DNA of 62,361 nucleotides, the filler included, from Choristocarpus tenellus KU-1152 (Eukaryota > Protista > Phaeophyceae): the NCBI GenBank assembly GCA_964200185.2. It is 9 parts of 9 records of this genome, joined end to end, with 100 filler letters (N's around TTAATTAATTAA, not from the genome) between each part and the next. Parts side by side here need not be neighbours in the genome. Positions count along the whole stretch, not along the records: positions 52,693 to 59,195 come from CAXNAD020007990.1; positions 59,296 to 62,361 come from CAXNAD020022557.1; 7 more parts are not named here. One strand, written 5' to 3'. The notes under the pieces were generated by a model, which searched no databases, was not told the origin of the DNA, and was given only the letters and a program-made list of their open reading frames with translations. The translations under genes and the position numbers were made by a program. Positions 58,682 through 62,361 of the stretch are shown here, in pieces. The stretch's first letter is position 1; each line of letters starts with the position of its first letter.

Positions 58682-58861
58682 GACCCAAGGTATTTGTGGG
58701 AGAGGGGGGTGGCTACACCAGGGTGTCCGTTTGGACCAAAATCAGGAAAAGTGCATTTACATCATCCATCCGACGTATGCAACCAAATCACCAAAAAATC
58801 GCGACAATTATTTTTTACCCCAAATGGACAGCCGCTACCCCCCCCTCAAATACTTCGAGCC
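58682..58861. mobile_element. MITE family A, full degenerate copy
   Basis: gacccaaggtatttg...caaatacttcgagcc; TSD ATCT. Confidence 0.85.
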
Positions 58862-59004
58862 ATCTGTGCAGATTAAATGTTCCTGATACCCCCCTATGTT
58901 GTTTATCCAGATGTTTTAATTGCCGTGCTTCTAGAAGTTATAAGCTTATCCAGAACATGCACTAATTAATTTGTATCTCCTATCACCTGTCTACCTATAC
59001 TCAG

Positions 59005-59131
59005 AGTTTCAAGGGATGCCAGCGTGTCAAGATCAAAGACACTCAAAACTTCGCGAAAGCTTCTACGTTTGTGGCTATAGTCATGGCGCTGGCCTCATTA
59101 GTCTTGTGGGATACAATCATAGTCACAGGCG
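59005..59131 (+). CDS. Possible isolated exon encoding a hydrophobic segment
   Basis: Bounded by tcag| and |gtaag; translates SFKGCQRVKIKDTQNFAKASTFVAIVMALASLVLWDTIIVTG; no recognisable homology. Confidence 0.3.
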
Positions 59132-59562
59132 GTAAGCACTCTCTCATAGCATTTTTTTTCTGGGTCAAAGTATCTGGGGGGGGGTGCCGGCGTCCNNNNN
59201 NNNNNNNNNNNNNNNNNNNNNNNNNNNNNNNNNNNNNNNTTAATTAATTAANNNNNNNNNNNNNNNNNNNNNNNNNNNNNNNNNNNNNNNNNNNNTTATC
59301 ATAATTACCCATCCAAGAAACGCTTACTCAAAGAGTACCGGATGGAGCCCTGCCCCCCTCCCCCCCTCCCCAGCCAAAAAACTAAGAACCATTCTCAGTA
59401 ACACAAGAAAAAAAAAAATTGTTGAAGAACTACCTGAGCAGTAATGGGGCAGCAGGCATTATAAAAAATATATATCCACGGTCACAATAACAAAAAAAAG
59501 GCAATGATAACTATTTCCAGAAGCAATCGAATCAACTACCTAAACAAGTAACTCGACACAAC

Positions 59563-59588
59563 CCTAACCCTAACCCTAACCCTAACCC
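59563..59588. repeat. Interstitial (CCCTAA)n tract
   Basis: ccctaaccctaaccctaaccctaaccc. Confidence 0.9.
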
Positions 59589-59688
59589 AAATCAAAAAGT
59601 GTACGGTCACACTCTTTTAGCTCCTCTCCTCCCTCCTTTCAAAAGCAATTGTATCCCTCATCCAAAAGAGTTTTTCCACCCTGCTTGC

Positions 59689-60877
59689 CTGAGCCTCAGC
59701 CTCCACCGCCCTTTGTCTGGTCATCCATTTCCTCCCCATCCATCCCCTCCAGAACGCCTGTATTTGAATTGCCTCAGACTTCTCCCTGATAAATATATGC
59801 ACCAAGGTTGTATCATCAAGTGTTACGATATGTTTATGCTATGCGTGTGGTCAACCTACGGGGTATAAACTAATGTACAAAGGTTATGTCATCAAGCGTT
59901 ACGAGATATTATGAGGTGTTTTACTATGTTATGCTATGCTATGTTATGTTATGATTTTTCATGTGTGTGGTCAACCTACGGGGTATAAACAAACATGCAA
60001 AGGTTATATCATCAAACGTCATGAGGTGTTACAGGATGTTATGTTATGTGTGTGGTCAAACTATGGGGTACAAACTAACAACCCAAAGATCCTTAGTGGA
60101 AAAAATGATAAAACACTGAAAATAACATAAATCCAATCTTGGGTATTAAAAAAATGTAGGAATAAATAAAAAATTGTAGTAGTGGTGACAACGCCCCTCT
60201 TACACTTGTTCTAAGAAAATCAAAATATACATTGCATCTGTGTCCGTTTTACACCATTGTATATTTTTACTACACCATTGCCTGCATGTTTGCACCAGAG
60301 AGAGAGAGAGAGAGAGAGAGAGAATGCATGTGTTTGTAGGTATCATAGCCTCTGTTCTGACCTCTCCATGACCTTCCTCGCTGTCCTGCCCCTTGCCAAA
60401 CCCTGGATCAAGGCCGCAGCAGCCTTTGCCCTCAAGAGAAATCTCCTTGCTGCTGCAGCCCGAGCCGCCCTCTAATACAAACATATATAATACACACACA
60501 CACACACACAGGTATATGCACATGCAGACAGACACATAGGCAGATAGCACAAATACCATTTTTTTTGTCAGCACACCCAAATAATAAAAAAAACTAACCC
60601 AATAAATTAAAAAAAAATTTATCAAATAATCTGACCTTGAGTAATTAAACTTTCACTTCCAAGTATACAAAGAAGGACCCGTGATTTGGTCAACGATAGA
60701 CCAATCCCACCATAAATCCTTCACCACTAGACCTGCCAAAACTAAAAAAAAAGGGGTCGGCAAATGGCAGTTACAGTACCAACAGTACCCCAAAACAAAA
60801 CAAAAAAGGTGTATGTTATAATGAAATGATCAAAACATGTTCAATACCACCACCCGAAAAAACAAAATATAACACAC

Positions 60878-60913
<36 letters not shown>

Positions 60914-61994
60914 GCACCATACGTACACCTCCAAAAATAGAGCCCCTGGGTACATCCACCTATGAAAAACTCATCACGGCACTCCTTCCGCCCCCCACCC
61001 CTAATACTCTCCATTCACCAAGCCTGCCTTAGCAAACTCAAGGGAGTACCCACCAAATCGGGGTATTATTGGATCCTCTATCTACAGCCCAGGACAAAGC
61101 CGACATATAATTCATAACAACTCAACACTACACCCAATTATATTCATAACAAAACAGAGCGCAACCATAGCATTAATGCCAATATCCCCCCTCCCCCCAT
61201 CATCTGCAAACTCCAACCCCACCCTGCCCATCTATCAACCACAACTCAAGCACCACTGTACCACATACACATCCCCTCATGAACGATAATCTTTGCACCC
61301 TAACCCTAATACCAACATTTATCAGAGAGCACCAGCAATGAACATTCGATCAAACCAATATATATATATATATATATATTTTCAAATACTAACAAAAATA
61401 ACACTAAAAAAAAAAACATTTAATCCAATGCACATAACCGCTGCACAACCTTTAAAAAAGAAAACCTCCACCAGACCATCAACTAGATCTCCTTCAGCAC
61501 CAGCCAGATCGCCCAGAGCCCAATCCACAATACCCAGAGCGCCCAGAGCTCTGACTATCATATGCCAGTATCCATCAAACTCTAGATTTCTCAACCACCC
61601 CTTGTGTCAGTACCACCCCCAGCTGTTCTCCTCACCTGTATCTCCATCGCTGCCTTTTCCCGACACAAACACCTCCTGTCCAAGAAACCCCTTGCCACTG
61701 CCTGAATCATCTTTGCTCCCTTGTACCTAACACACACACACACAATTAAAAAACCAACCATATATGTGACAATAGAGCATTCGTTTAGGGGAAAAAGGTG
61801 AGAGAGGGGGCCAGCAGAGGTAGGCACAGACTTAACCAACCTTGGGGGGTATAACACTAAAGAGTACAGGTTAGCACAAGTCAAGGGTCAACAACGAAGA
61901 GCGGAGTTAGGTTATGTAAAAAAAAAATCTGTGTAACAAACAAAAAATATATTTACGCATACGTTTTCGTTTTTGTTTATACGTTGGAGTAGGT

Positions 61995-62037
<43 letters not shown>

Positions 62038-62269
62038 GGGTCAGGGATAGAATGGACAAAACTAGTCTGGACCTTGACTTCCTACTCATACCCTCACTGC
62101 AGCACCGGTTCGGACTGCTCACCTCCTATAGGACCGGTGTTGGATCATTCCACGCCAGGCGCTCTGGAACAGCGTGGCGCCGTTCCGCTGCATCAGGAGT
62201 GTTCCGACTGCATTCCTCATCCGCCACGTGGCTTGGATGTGCACTACAGTCCGGCGCAGTACACAGTAC
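59689..62269 (-). CDS. IQ-motif-repeat (calmodulin-binding) protein, ASPM-like, internal exons
   Basis: Exons 62269-62123, 61726-61636, 60471-60362 and 59785-~59689 are in phase. Six IQ motifs: IQATWRM, FQSAWRG, IQAVARG, IQRAARA, IQGLARG, IQAFWRG. Confidence 0.8.
59803..60080. repeat. Intronic minisatellite, three copies of a ~75-120-bp unit
   Basis: aaggtt...atcatcaa...gtgtggtcaacctacggggtataaac recurs three times. Confidence 0.8.
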
Positions 62270-62361
62270 CTATCAAACATCAACAGAAATATATACCGCA
62301 ATAATGATAATTGGCAACGGGTTGGTGGTTAGAGGGTATGGGGAGGGGCAGAGGGGGGGTG

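Noticed and set aside
59803-60080. CRISPR-like array
   Set aside because: The spacers are related to each other, the context is a eukaryotic intron and there are no cas genes.
18089-62361. Functional clustering of genes across the window (for example Ku70 with XRN1 or the ParB element)
   Set aside because: These lie on separate contigs joined artificially, so adjacency is not evidence.

Overview
Eukaryotic, intron-rich genomic DNA, probably from a stramenopile or brown-alga-like organism. That assignment is an inference from the GAPDH type, the transposon families and the TTAGGG repeats. The window is nine contigs joined by eight artificial 100-nt linkers (44N-TTAATTAATTAA-44N), so gene order across linkers cannot be trusted. 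I reconstructed these host genes by hand from splice sites and protein motifs: the 5' part of Ku70, a complete 9-exon cytosolic GAPDH, a discoidin-like plus GCC2/GCC3 Cys-rich protein, part of XRN1, a fibronectin-III protein, a single-pass coiled-coil orphan, the 5' part of DNAAF9/Shulin, and an IQ-repeat protein. Intergenic and intronic DNA holds many decayed transposons: a hAT transposase, a Copia element, CRE-like non-LTR fragments, and three MITE families sharing G(A/G)(G/C)TCAAA termini with 4-bp target-site duplications (TSDs). The most unusual object is a 2.18-kb element at 32431-34610. It has ~185-bp terminal inverted repeats (TIRs), three ~260-bp palindrome-bearing tandem repeats and a ParB/Sulfiredoxin-like (DGNHR) ORF, but no transposase. 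Interstitial TTAGGG tracts, AAG splice acceptors and GC splice donors are also frequent. All homology calls come from motif recognition; no database searches were run.
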